A stretch of DNA of 64,000 nt from Prevotellaceae bacterium (GTDB lineage Bacteria; Bacteroidota; Bacteroidia; Bacteroidales; Bacteroidaceae): assembly GCA_031262785.1 (NCBI GenBank), contig JAISHB010000096.1, forward strand, positions 8,604 through 72,603, written 5' to 3'. Shown piece after piece: positions 1-9,497 of this stretch. The notes under the pieces are model-generated. The model was not told the origin of the DNA. It did no database searches and saw only the letters and a list, made by a program, of their open reading frames with translations. A program made the translations under genes and the position numbers. Numbering within the stretch: the stretch's first letter is position 1; each line of letters opens with the position of its first letter.

Positions 1-910
1 TGAACATCCCCATCCCATCGTGTTCCGAACGGAAGTTGAGGATGGTGTCGCCTGCTGCATTCAGTACCGTTCCCGAAACGGCTCTCGAATAACCGTCGGC
101 ACCTTGTGCTTTAAATGCAATGCGTTGCTGTTTAACGGCCAATAGTGCGCCACCTTCGGGAAAGAAAGTTAGCTCAAACTGTTTGCTAACGGTCGGTGGA
201 TAAAAGGTTTGCTTGAAGACGTATATCAAATCGTCGAACTCCACATCCAAGCGGCGCTTGGCGGAAACGGTGATATTGGCCAGCGGAATACTAACTTTCC
301 CCTCCTTGTCGGTCTTCACCCGCCCGCGTTTGGGTTCGCCTTCGTTCAAACTGTATCGATACCGCATCTCAATGCCCGAAAGTGGTTTCTGCTTATCATC
401 CGTGAAAACGATCTCGGCCGTATACTGCAGCGCCTCCTTCTCAACGTATTGAATGGAGGTTTGGATATTGTTGGCAATGGGATTTCCGATTTTCAGATTG
501 CGCGAATAAAAGAAATCGTTACCTACGTTGCGCATATAATCGGTATACGCTCGCAAATAGTAGTTTCCGGCAGGCAGGGTAGGAGGCAATTCAAAGGCAT
601 TACTAAACACACCCAGCGTATCTTTGCGAATCTTCTTACGCAGGATAACGGAATCTGACTGATTAATTAATTCAGCAAGAATATAGTTATCCGGAATATC
701 TTCCTGATGCGTGGTAGCGTTCACCAGATAGCCTTTAAACCAGAGCTTTTCACCGGCACTGTAGTAGGGCTTGTCTAAATGCAGATAGAGTTTCTCCTGG
801 GGAATTTGTTCCAAGAGATGGAAGCTGGCAACGATACTGTCGGGCAAGCTTTGCGCCGAAAGGGTAAAGAGGTTGCCTATGAAGAGTGTGAATAGAGAGT
901 TTTTCTTCAT
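1..910 (-). CDS. N-terminal part (runs off left edge) of secreted MG2-like / TonB plug-like protein; paralog of 1343..4018
   Basis: ATG at 910; colinear with 3109..4018 at a constant 3108-bp offset; same PQEKLYLHLDKPYYSAGE motif. Confidence 0.85.
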   Translation of the reverse strand, partial: MKKNSLFTLFIGNLFTLSAQSLPDSIVASFHLLEQIPQEKLYLHLDKPYYSAGEKLWFKGYLVNATTHQEDIPDNYILAELINQSDSVILRKKIRKDTLGVFSNAFELPPTLPAGNYYLRAYTDYMRNVGNDFFYSRNLKIGNPIANNIQTSIQYVEKEALQYTAEIVFTDDKQKPLSGIEMRYRYSLNEGEPKRGRVKTDKEGKVSIPLANITVSAKRRLDVEFDDLIYVFKQTFYPPTVSKQFELTFFPEGGALLAVKQQRIAFKAQGADGYSRAVSGTVLNAAGDTILNFRSEHDGMGMF

Positions 911-979
911 GATAGTTAGATTTGCTTAAGTAATGTTCTCAGCATGTGCCGGCAAGAGAGAACCTGCCCGGGACAAGGG

Positions 980-1306
980 TTATTGCATTTTTGGGCTACT
1001 CTTCAATAGATTGATGCAATCAGCACTGATTTCGAGATAATGCTCCTTCATAAAGTTTTCCGATGCTTCGCCTTCTAAGCGAACGAAGGTGGAATCTATC
1101 TCATACGCCTTATTCATAAAACACGAACAAAGTGTAGCTGCATACAAAGAGTCTATTTCTTTGTCTTTAGAACTTGAGAATATGGCCTCAACGCATCGTT
1201 GTACATTTAGGTCAAACTCCTTCTCGAAAAGTTCCCGGTTGGAAAGTTTTTTTCCACCGGAACAGGCCATCATTAATGCCGGTATGATCCATAACAACTT
1301 CTTCAT
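980..1306 (-). CDS. small hypothetical lipoprotein
   Basis: MKKLLWIIPALMMAC lipoprotein signal; AT-rich ORF between the two paralogs. Confidence 0.75.
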   Translation of the reverse strand: MKKLLWIIPALMMACSGGKKLSNRELFEKEFDLNVQRCVEAIFSSSKDKEIDSLYAATLCSCFMNKAYEIDSTFVRLEGEASENFMKEHYLEISADCINLLKSSPKMQ

Positions 1307-1342
1307 ACGTTTCTAATTTTAAATGATTAATAATAAGGGTAT

Positions 1343-4018
1343 CTATCTATTGATTTCCTGAATGATTCGGCACGCCTTTCCTGTTTTGTCTACGCCCTCC
1401 AATACCACCGTTTGCGGCTGTTCGCCATCAGGGGTGTAGTAGGTGAGCGTAGCTTTTCCTTCCGCATCTAATCGAACGGCCGGATTCCAATAAATGGTGT
1501 TCCGTTTATCCGGTTTGGAACTGTTCTTGGCTTTGGGAGTGTCGTATTTAGGCGAATAGAACTCAACCGCATCGCTATAACCCATCGGCGGTGTATAAAG
1601 CATGAAGTTTTTGGATTTCTCCCGTAGATGCCTATTTGGTTTTAGGGTGACAGCCAGCGCAACGGACTTATTTCCTCCGAAAAGTGAAAATCCTCCGCCT
1701 AAGTTGGCCATGAGCGCATCCATTCCGGCTAATAGTTTGATAGACTCCACTTCTTTTGCCGACAAATTCTCCAAAACATAGGTCGCATCTATTCCGGTAT
1801 AGGTACGATCTTCAAGCACCAGACTCACGGTACCTCTATATTTCGTGCTATAGAGGAGCGTCCCCATTCCATATTCATCCGATAGAATGGTTAGTCCGGG
1901 CAATTGCATGACGGTTGCTTGAAGGGCCGTTTCTGCTCCTGATCGTTCAATCTCCTTTGCCGTGACGGTAGGGGTACTGAGGTCGCTGCCTCCATGGATC
2001 CCACGATTGGCCATTTGATTGCGTCGGGCGGTGACCAACACCTCTTTGAGGTTATAGACCCGTTCACCACCGGTAATGTAGTATTGCTCGCGGGCGGCAG
2101 CCAAATAGTTCGGGGCTTTGGCCACTATACTTTCTTTGCTGAAAATGCCCTTATGTTGCGGCTGCGGAAAGCTGAGACTGTCCATTTCAATGCCCACTTT
2201 TGCCGAGCCTTTCTGTGTGTGCGCCTGCACCATAAACGGGCTGCCGTCGCGGAAGAAAGTACTGAAGAGAAAGTGCCCTTTGTCGTCGGTGGTGGCGGTG
2301 AGAATAGCTTTGTTCCGGGGATTGAGCAACGTCACCATGCCGTCCTTTACATCGCCGCCCCACAGACCGTCTACCCGCCCGCTGATAATCTGTCCTTCCT
2401 CCATATAATACTTCATCGGGGGTAAAGTTATCTTCGCAACGTTCGTAATGTGATGTCTTCTCCAACCGTGCGTCATCATCACCAAGTCAAGGTGTCGCAG
2501 GGTCTTGCCGTTTTGGTTTAAGAAGTAATATCCGGGGTTTTCAATGTATCCTTTTAGGTCGGAGGTTAATAGCAGATTGGATAGGATGTTGTCGGCTAAA
2601 CTATCCGGTTGTACGGTTGCCCGGTTGGTTACGCTGATGGAGAAGTTGCCTTCCACGGGCAAGCCTTCCATAGTTTCGGCCGAGAGTTGAAGCGTAACCT
2701 TTTCTCTTGCACCGTAACGAGGTTTGTCGGTGGTGATCTTTAGTTGATGCGGTGCTTGGTCGGGAACGAAGAGTAGTCGTTCACTCAGCACATTGCCTTG
2801 CTGATTCACCAACATGAAATGCGCGATGCCGCTTTGGAGTTGTTCGGTTAGCACAATACCACTTACGTTTTCTTTTTCAATGGGATGAAGCACGGAGAGC
2901 TTGCCACGGGTGTGACCAACCAGCAGTAGCGGTTGCCACGGAGTGTCGTTGGTTTGCTGCACCTCATAATAGATAGCTTTCTTGCTGTAAGCAAGAGAAA
3001 GCGAGACACCACTTGCTTCCACTTTGGGGAGATTGAAGCGTTTGGTGATACCTTCGGAAGAAGTTACATCTACGTAATAGGTTTCTCCTACTTTGGGAGA
3101 AGGCAACGTGAACATCCCCATCCCATCGTGTTCCGAACGGAAGCTGAGCAATGTATCACCAGTTGCATTCAGTACCGTTCCCGAAACAGCCCTGGAATAA
3201 CCGTCGGCGCCTTGTGCCTTAAAGGCAATGCGTTGCTGCTTAACCGAAAGCAATGCGCCGCCTTCGGGGAAGAAGGTAACGTCAAACTGCTTGCTAACGG
3301 TCGGCGGATAAAAGGTTTGCTTGAAAACATATATCAAATCGTCGAACTCCACATCCAAGCGGCGCTTGGCGGAAACGGTGATATTGGCCAGCGGAATCAT
3401 TACTTTCCCCTCCTTGTCGGTCTTCACCCGTCCGCGTTTGGGTTCGCCTTCGTTCAAACTGTATCGATACCGCATCTCAATGCCCGAAAGTGGCTTCTGT
3501 TTATCATCCGTAAATATAATCTCGGCCGTATACTGCAGCGCCTCCTTCTCGACATATTGAATAGTCGTTTGGATATTGTTGGCAATGGGGTTTCCGATTT
3601 TCAGATTGCGCGAATAAAAGAAATCGTTACCGATGTTGCGCATATAATCGGTGTAGGCACGCAGATAGTAGTTGCCGGCGGGCAGCGTAGGAGGCAATTC
3701 AAAGGCATTACTGAACACGCCCAGCGTGTCTTTCCGGATCTTCTTACGCAGGATAACCGAATCGGATTGATTAATTAATTCGGTGAGGATGTAGTTGTCC
3801 GGAAGGTCCTCCTGATGGGTGGTGGCGTTCAACAGATAGCCTTTAAACCAGAGCTTTTCACCGGCACTGTAGTAGGGCTTGTCTAAATGCAGATAGAGTT
3901 TTTCCTGTGGAATTTGTTCCAAGAGATTAAAGCTGGCAACGATGCTGTCGGAGAGCGGTTGCGCCGACAGCGTGAAGAGGTTACCTATGAGGAGTATGAA
4001 TAGAGAGTTTTTCTTCAT
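1343..4018 (-). CDS. secreted MG2 (macroglobulin-like) / carboxypeptidase-regulatory-like / TonB plug-like domain protein
   Basis: 891-aa ORF; signal peptide; QEKLYLHLDKPYY, FFPEGG, LLLTSDLKGYIENPGYY and PDKRNTIYWNP motifs typical of this Bacteroidetes family. Confidence 0.75.
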   Translation of the reverse strand: MKKNSLFILLIGNLFTLSAQPLSDSIVASFNLLEQIPQEKLYLHLDKPYYSAGEKLWFKGYLLNATTHQEDLPDNYILTELINQSDSVILRKKIRKDTLGVFSNAFELPPTLPAGNYYLRAYTDYMRNIGNDFFYSRNLKIGNPIANNIQTTIQYVEKEALQYTAEIIFTDDKQKPLSGIEMRYRYSLNEGEPKRGRVKTDKEGKVMIPLANITVSAKRRLDVEFDDLIYVFKQTFYPPTVSKQFDVTFFPEGGALLSVKQQRIAFKAQGADGYSRAVSGTVLNATGDTLLSFRSEHDGMGMFTLPSPKVGETYYVDVTSSEGITKRFNLPKVEASGVSLSLAYSKKAIYYEVQQTNDTPWQPLLLVGHTRGKLSVLHPIEKENVSGIVLTEQLQSGIAHFMLVNQQGNVLSERLLFVPDQAPHQLKITTDKPRYGAREKVTLQLSAETMEGLPVEGNFSISVTNRATVQPDSLADNILSNLLLTSDLKGYIENPGYYFLNQNGKTLRHLDLVMMTHGWRRHHITNVAKITLPPMKYYMEEGQIISGRVDGLWGGDVKDGMVTLLNPRNKAILTATTDDKGHFLFSTFFRDGSPFMVQAHTQKGSAKVGIEMDSLSFPQPQHKGIFSKESIVAKAPNYLAAAREQYYITGGERVYNLKEVLVTARRNQMANRGIHGGSDLSTPTVTAKEIERSGAETALQATVMQLPGLTILSDEYGMGTLLYSTKYRGTVSLVLEDRTYTGIDATYVLENLSAKEVESIKLLAGMDALMANLGGGFSLFGGNKSVALAVTLKPNRHLREKSKNFMLYTPPMGYSDAVEFYSPKYDTPKAKNSSKPDKRNTIYWNPAVRLDAEGKATLTYYTPDGEQPQTVVLEGVDKTGKACRIIQEINR

Positions 4019-4160
4019 GATAGTTAGATTTGCTTAATCAATGCAACAAAGGTCAAAAGCTTTTTTTAAAGTTCCAAATAAAAAAATGCTTTTCTTTTCA
4101 TTTCTTACCTTAAGATAAGCGCCTTGCGTTCATCTCTATTCTTGTTGCACCACACACACA

Positions 4161-4191
4161 GAAAAGGGCGGCCTCCCGGTCGCCCTTTTTT
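4161..4191. terminator. intrinsic terminator-like hairpin, possibly bidirectional
   Basis: GAAAAGGGCGGCC-TCCC-GGTCGCCCTTTTTT. Confidence 0.7.
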
Positions 4192-4270
4192 ATCCCTCTC
4201 TAAAAGCTCCTCTATTCTATTATGGATCTATTGTGATATGTGTTTGGTCTGAGTTGTCGACTATTCCGTG

Positions 4271-4327
4271 AGAGAAGACTCGTCGCCCGGATACCCCCAG
4301 CTTATTCCGAGGCGACGAGAATTCTCC
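4271..4327 (-). ncRNA. long stem-loop inside a candidate sRNA/leader transcript (about 4400 to 4160)
   Basis: minus strand GGAGAA-UU-CUCGUCGCC-U-CGGA [14-nt loop] UCCG-GGCGACGAG-UC-UUCUCU; minus-strand TACTTTTG promoter box at 4409..4416. Confidence 0.35.
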
Positions 4328-4652
4328 ATACCCACTGAATGAGAACAGTCCCAATGAAGATGTCATGCTTACTTTGTTCGTGTCTTAATGTTGCCTAATT
4401 AACACGTGCAAAAGTAGGACGGATTGTACAATGTGGTCTTTCGATTCGTACATATCTCATCGGAAAAAACATTCTTGGGAAATGGTCAAAGTTGGTGTTG
4501 GCAGGATAAATCGTCACACGGGAAAGAGAGGTAAAACCAAATCGTAATTGGCGTGAAAAGCGTAAAAAAGAAACTTCCTGTGCTGCAAAAAGATACAGCA
4601 TGGAGGGAAAGCGGTTATCTTTGCAGCGCGATTAAAGTTAGCATCACGACGC

Positions 4653-5825
4653 ATGATTGACCCCGATTTATACCTTGATAACGCCATGGCCATGGCCCCC
4701 TTTACTTCGTCGGTGTTGGGAGCTACGGTGATGGTTTTTGCCCTCAACGATAGCTTGAGCAAAAGCGAAATAGCACTGAAACGCACGGTGATAGCTTTCT
4801 TTTTGCTCAATGCCGTTAATGCGGTTTTCATCTACCTCTACGAATTTCTGCCCGAATGGTATGTGCCGCTCAGCCCGCTCGGCTTCTTGGCTTTTGTATG
4901 TTACATTATCGCTTTCTACGGTATCATTTGCATGTTGACACGTTTGGACGAGGCCGAACGTTTTTCCCCCATGCACTTGATTGCCCCTTTGTTGATGACG
5001 GCAGTGCTTGGGGGGTTGCAACTGGCTATGCCAACCGACATCGGGGTGAAATTCATCACGAATCACGAAGCGGAGATACCTGCTCCGTATCTTTTCTACA
5101 AGCATTTCTTCCTTTTGCACCGTCTGTTAGAGCTTTTTTTCATTCTGGGCTACACGTTGGCCATGGGTTTTCGGCTGCACAAATATCATCGCAAGGCAAA
5201 GTCGTCGGATAGTTTGATTGTGAATGCCGACTACTGGATTACGCGAATGTTCATCTTTGCGATTTGCACCTTGGCTTCGTCGGCCATCTTCATCAGCCTG
5301 CCGCGGAAAGACTTCGGCACGTCGCTGTGGACGCTGCTGGCGGTCTTCTCTATCTTGGCACTGCACAGCGAACTGGTCTATCACGTGTTGATGCGCAAGC
5401 AACGTCCCTATTTGCTGAACGCGCAGCAGCCCGTGCGCCGTCAATACCGTGGCGAACTCAGCCGGCGGCGTCTCGAAAACTATTTCCGTCACAAGAAGCC
5501 CTACTTAGACAGCAGCTTTAAGATAACCGACCTGGTGGAGGTGATGGATGTGAACCGAACCATCGTCTCGAGCTTCATCAACAAAACCTACGGGATGAAC
5601 TTCAACCGGTTTGTCAACCGCTGGCGTCTGGAGGAGGTCACTTTCCTCAAAGGGTTGGCCTACAACGCCGGCAAGCGCATCGATCAATTGGTCAAACAGG
5701 CCGGATTTAGTGATGTGAAACACTACCGGCGGGCATTGAATCAGCAGACGGCCGAAAGCGAAGCCGCACTGTCCGTATCCGAAGCCACTGCCGATAGTAA
5801 AGAGGAAGGAGGAGTTGATGGATAG
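4653..5825 (+). CDS. membrane-anchored AraC-family regulator (type A1)
   Basis: several N-terminal TM segments plus C-terminal KKPYLDSSFKITDL..NRTIVSSFINKTYGMNF..NRWRL AraC HTH; TATCTTTG at 4616..4623. Confidence 0.85.
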   Translation: MIDPDLYLDNAMAMAPFTSSVLGATVMVFALNDSLSKSEIALKRTVIAFFLLNAVNAVFIYLYEFLPEWYVPLSPLGFLAFVCYIIAFYGIICMLTRLDEAERFSPMHLIAPLLMTAVLGGLQLAMPTDIGVKFITNHEAEIPAPYLFYKHFFLLHRLLELFFILGYTLAMGFRLHKYHRKAKSSDSLIVNADYWITRMFIFAICTLASSAIFISLPRKDFGTSLWTLLAVFSILALHSELVYHVLMRKQRPYLLNAQQPVRRQYRGELSRRRLENYFRHKKPYLDSSFKITDLVEVMDVNRTIVSSFINKTYGMNFNRFVNRWRLEEVTFLKGLAYNAGKRIDQLVKQAGFSDVKHYRRALNQQTAESEAALSVSEATADSKEEGGVDG

Positions 5826-6930
5826 TGAATTTGCCGGGGCGTTGCTCTACTCCGCTTTTATAGTCACCTTTCTGATGGCCGGCTCCATCTGTTTGCACCG
5901 CTACCATGAAATCACCAAGCATGCGCCGCGGGCACACATTCTCTGTTTGGCGCTGGCTTGCTACGTGGCGGCACTCTACTGGGTGGAGGTGCTGCTGATT
6001 ATGATGAACATCGACTGGGCGGTGCATTGCTATCCCCTCTTTATCTGGTTGGGATTGGTCTGTGTGGTGCTGCTCTATCATTTTGTTTACTTGGTCACCG
6101 GCACGGGCGAACGGTTACATTTCCCGATGCTTCACTACTTGATTCCCTCGGGGTTGGCACTGCTGTTTGTGTGGTGGGATGCGTTCATTCCCTTTGCCGA
6201 ACGCTACCGGATTATCACCTCTTTCAATCGCATCGATGCCGATCAGCCGCTCTGGGAGACGGTGTATCAACTGATGCCCGTGAGTTACAGCATCTACATT
6301 ATTATCTATGGTGTGATGGCTTACCGCAGGGTGTGGTTCTACCGCATTGCCGTGGATAACTACTCGGCCGATGAGGAACGCACCTCGATGTATTGGATTT
6401 ACTACTTCATCGCCGTGGTGACCGGCTGCTTTCCCAAGCCGCTCATCACGGTGATGGCGGTGAACCTGGGTATTCCTCTTTGGGTGCAATGCACCATGGT
6501 GTGGTTTCCCTTTGCCCTGACCTATCTGATCTACAACGCCATCAAGGGCAACTACATTCTGGTGCAACCCGCCGAAGAGCTGAACGACCGCACCAGCCGA
6601 TTGGTAGACCGAAAGCGTTTCGAGCACTACATGGCCACCAAGAAGCCCTACCTCAACTCCGACCTCTGCATCACCGACTTGTTGGCCGATCTCTGCACCA
6701 ACCGCACCTACCTCTCGAGCTTCATCAACCGCGAATATGGCGTCAACTTCAAGACCCTCATCAACGAGTTCCGCCTGCGGGAGCTGGAGCGGCTGCGCCT
6801 GGGAAGCAACGGGAAGAATCACAGCAACATGCAGCTGATTATGGCCGCCGGCTTTGGCAGCTATCGCAACTACCTGGCCGCCAGCCGGCGGAAATACCGC
6901 AAAGGCGTGTTGCGCTACGTGCTGCGCTAA
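5818..6930 (+). CDS. membrane-anchored AraC-family regulator (type B1)
   Basis: ATG 5818 overlaps the upstream gene end; TM segments; KKPYLNSDLCITDL..TNRTYLSSFINREYGVNF. Confidence 0.85.
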   Translation: MDSEFAGALLYSAFIVTFLMAGSICLHRYHEITKHAPRAHILCLALACYVAALYWVEVLLIMMNIDWAVHCYPLFIWLGLVCVVLLYHFVYLVTGTGERLHFPMLHYLIPSGLALLFVWWDAFIPFAERYRIITSFNRIDADQPLWETVYQLMPVSYSIYIIIYGVMAYRRVWFYRIAVDNYSADEERTSMYWIYYFIAVVTGCFPKPLITVMAVNLGIPLWVQCTMVWFPFALTYLIYNAIKGNYILVQPAEELNDRTSRLVDRKRFEHYMATKKPYLNSDLCITDLLADLCTNRTYLSSFINREYGVNFKTLINEFRLRELERLRLGSNGKNHSNMQLIMAAGFGSYRNYLAASRRKYRKGVLRYVLR

Positions 6931-6964
6931 CCGCCCTCTATACACGTTACCATCCTGCTGTTAT

Positions 6965-8113
6965 ATGGTTGATTTAGAGACATACCTCACCCAAGCATTC
7001 ATCTTGGTACCTCTGGTTTCCGCCCTGCTCTGCGGAACGGGGGTCTGGATGTCGCTGCGCGACAGCGTTACCCGCTACGAGTGGCACCTCAAGGGAGCCG
7101 CCGTACGCTACTTCGGTTGGAACTTGCTCTCGGGCATCGGATTCTTTCTGCTCACCGTCTATCCCAACGTGGTACTCCGGCTCAACCCGCTCTTCTTGGT
7201 GGCCTTCATGCTCTACAATGTGGAGTATTACCGCGTGGTCTTCTGGATGACGCGCACCGACGCCGACGAACGGTTTGGCCGCATCCACTACCTCTTGCCG
7301 CTGTTGGTGGCCGTCCTGGTTATGCTGCTCAAGCTGACCGTTCCGCTGAACGATCACTTCCGCCATCTGCTCGAAAGCAATCCCCTGCCTACGGTAGACG
7401 AAGGATTCACCACCTTCTTGATCACCTCCCGCCGCGCCATAGAGATGCTCTACGTATGCTACTACACGCTGGTGACGATGCGTCGCATCTACGCCTACTT
7501 CAAGAAGCTCTACAACGAAGAAGAGCCGCTGTATAGTCCGGCACGCTGGATGGTGGTGATGGTCTTGCTCTCGTTGGCGTTGATGGTTTCGTCACTCATC
7601 TGCATCGCCATTCCCCGCAGCTCGTTCGGGGTGTCGGGATGGACGCTTTTCTTCACCTTGTCGCTGATGCTGTTTCATATTCACCTGTCGTACCGAATGG
7701 TAATCAGGCGTTTCGAGGTGTATGCCCTGAGTCAGCCCGAAGGGGCGCGGCATCAATACCGCGGAAAGATTACCATTCGCCGGCTCGACCGTTACTTCCG
7801 CCATCAGAAGCCTTACCTGAATCGCAACTATCGCATGACCGACCTGGTGACCGCCTTGGATGTGAGCCGCACGCGGCTGTCGCAGTTTATCAACCAAGCC
7901 TACGGCATCAACTTCAGCACCTACCTGAACCGGTGGCGCCTGCGGGAACTGGAGCAGTTGCAACAATCGTCCCGATACGCCGACAAGCCCCTGGAGGGAT
8001 TGGTGCAACAAGCCGGCTTCACCGACATGAAGCACTACCGGCGTGCCGTGCTGCAAAGCGCTGAAGAGGCCATCGTCGGGGCAACCCGGAAAGGAGAAGA
8101 CGCAGATGAATAA
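6965..8113 (+). CDS. membrane-anchored AraC-family regulator (type A2)
   Basis: ATG 6965 in frame; paralog of 4653..5825 (QYRG, YFRH.KPYL, QAGF.D.KHYRRA). Confidence 0.85.
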   Translation: MVDLETYLTQAFILVPLVSALLCGTGVWMSLRDSVTRYEWHLKGAAVRYFGWNLLSGIGFFLLTVYPNVVLRLNPLFLVAFMLYNVEYYRVVFWMTRTDADERFGRIHYLLPLLVAVLVMLLKLTVPLNDHFRHLLESNPLPTVDEGFTTFLITSRRAIEMLYVCYYTLVTMRRIYAYFKKLYNEEEPLYSPARWMVVMVLLSLALMVSSLICIAIPRSSFGVSGWTLFFTLSLMLFHIHLSYRMVIRRFEVYALSQPEGARHQYRGKITIRRLDRYFRHQKPYLNRNYRMTDLVTALDVSRTRLSQFINQAYGINFSTYLNRWRLRELEQLQQSSRYADKPLEGLVQQAGFTDMKHYRRAVLQSAEEAIVGATRKGEDADE

Positions 8114-9242
8114 CCAGCTAACGGCCGCGCTGACCATCACCGTCTGTTTGGTCACCTTCCTGGTATGTTCCATTATCGGAGCCTTCCACTATGTCGCCCT
8201 GCGGGCACAGCACCGGCAGCGCCGGCACATCCTCTTGCTGACGCTGGGCTTTGCCGCGGCCACGCTGGGGTATGTGGAACCGGTGGTACGGGTGTTGAAT
8301 CCGCCGCTGGCCGTCTACCTGTATGTGCCCTACCTGTTGCTGGTGATGGAGTGCGTAGTGTTGCTCTACCACTTCCTCTACCTGATTACCGACGACGGCA
8401 GTCACAAACCCTTCGCCGCGTTTGGCTACCTGATGCCGCCGGCCATTGCCTGCGCCCTCTATCTCTTCTCCGGGCAGATCCCCTACGGGCGACGGTGCAG
8501 CATCATGAGCGCCGAGAATCTGTTGCACACCCCCATGAGCGTCGATGAAATCCTCTACATGATGCTTCCCTTCCTCTTCTCGATCTACAACGTGGCTTAT
8601 TGGCTGGGTTCGTTGCGCCGGATACGGCGCTACAAACAGGTGGCCGATAATTACTCGGCCGACGAAAAGCGCACCTCGTTGGTGTGGCTTCGCTATTTCT
8701 TCTGGTTGCTGGGAATCTCCTCTTTGGCTCCACTGGCGCGAATGGCCTACTTCTGGAACCTCTCCGAAACGATGTTCATCTTACTATTCTTGTTGCCGCC
8801 CTTCGAGGCGATACTGCTCTACAATGCCATCAAAGGCAACTATGTGTTGGTGCCGCCGCTGACGCCCTCCGAGCGGGAGAGCCTCGAGGCGACTGCACCC
8901 GAGCGGCTGCGTCCCATCAGTCGCCGACGCTTCGAACACTACATGGAGACGAAGAAGCCCTACTTGAATCCCGAGCTGTGCATTGCCGACATGCTGCGCG
9001 AGTTGGGCACCAACCGCACCTATCTCTCGAGTTTCATCAACCAGGAGTATAACATGAACTTCAAGACCTTGATTAATTGCTACCGCCTGCGTGAGGTGGA
9101 ACGTCTGCGGCAACATCCTCCCCGCCAAGGCTATGGCACGATGGACTTGGTGCTGGCCGCCGGCTTTGGCAGCTATAGCAGCTATTTGAACGCCAGTCGG
9201 CGTCAGTACGAGTCACAGATGTTGCCTGAGCATGAGAGGTGA
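8106..9242 (+). CDS. membrane-anchored AraC-family regulator (type B2)
   Basis: ATGAATAA overlap with the previous gene; paralog of 5818..6930 (DNYSADE.RTS, YNAIKGNY, AAGFGSY). Confidence 0.85.
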   Translation: MNNQLTAALTITVCLVTFLVCSIIGAFHYVALRAQHRQRRHILLLTLGFAAATLGYVEPVVRVLNPPLAVYLYVPYLLLVMECVVLLYHFLYLITDDGSHKPFAAFGYLMPPAIACALYLFSGQIPYGRRCSIMSAENLLHTPMSVDEILYMMLPFLFSIYNVAYWLGSLRRIRRYKQVADNYSADEKRTSLVWLRYFFWLLGISSLAPLARMAYFWNLSETMFILLFLLPPFEAILLYNAIKGNYVLVPPLTPSERESLEATAPERLRPISRRRFEHYMETKKPYLNPELCIADMLRELGTNRTYLSSFINQEYNMNFKTLINCYRLREVERLRQHPPRQGYGTMDLVLAAGFGSYSSYLNASRRQYESQMLPEHER

Positions 9243-9249
9243 TGCGCCT

Positions 9250-9482
9250 GTACATGGAGCCACCGCAGGGATGTACACGGGGCTTCCGGATGTCTGCACA
9301 AGTATCCGCCGCAGGGATGCGCAAGTATACTCCGCAGAGATGTACGAGTATGTTCCGTAGAGATGCACAACTGTACTCCGTAGAGTTGCACAACTATCCT
9401 CCATAGAGTTGCACAACTATCCTCCGCAGAGATGCACAACTGTTCCCCGCAGAGATGCACAACTATCCTCCGAAGGGATGCC
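9250..9482. repeat. 23-bp tandem array, about 10 units (CCGCAGAGATGCACAACTRTNYT); related copy at 54284..54500
   Basis: unit starts at 9263, 9286, 9309, 9332, 9355, 9378, 9401, 9424, 9447, 9470. Confidence 0.95.
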
Positions 9483-9497
9483 CGTGGCTTCGGCGAT

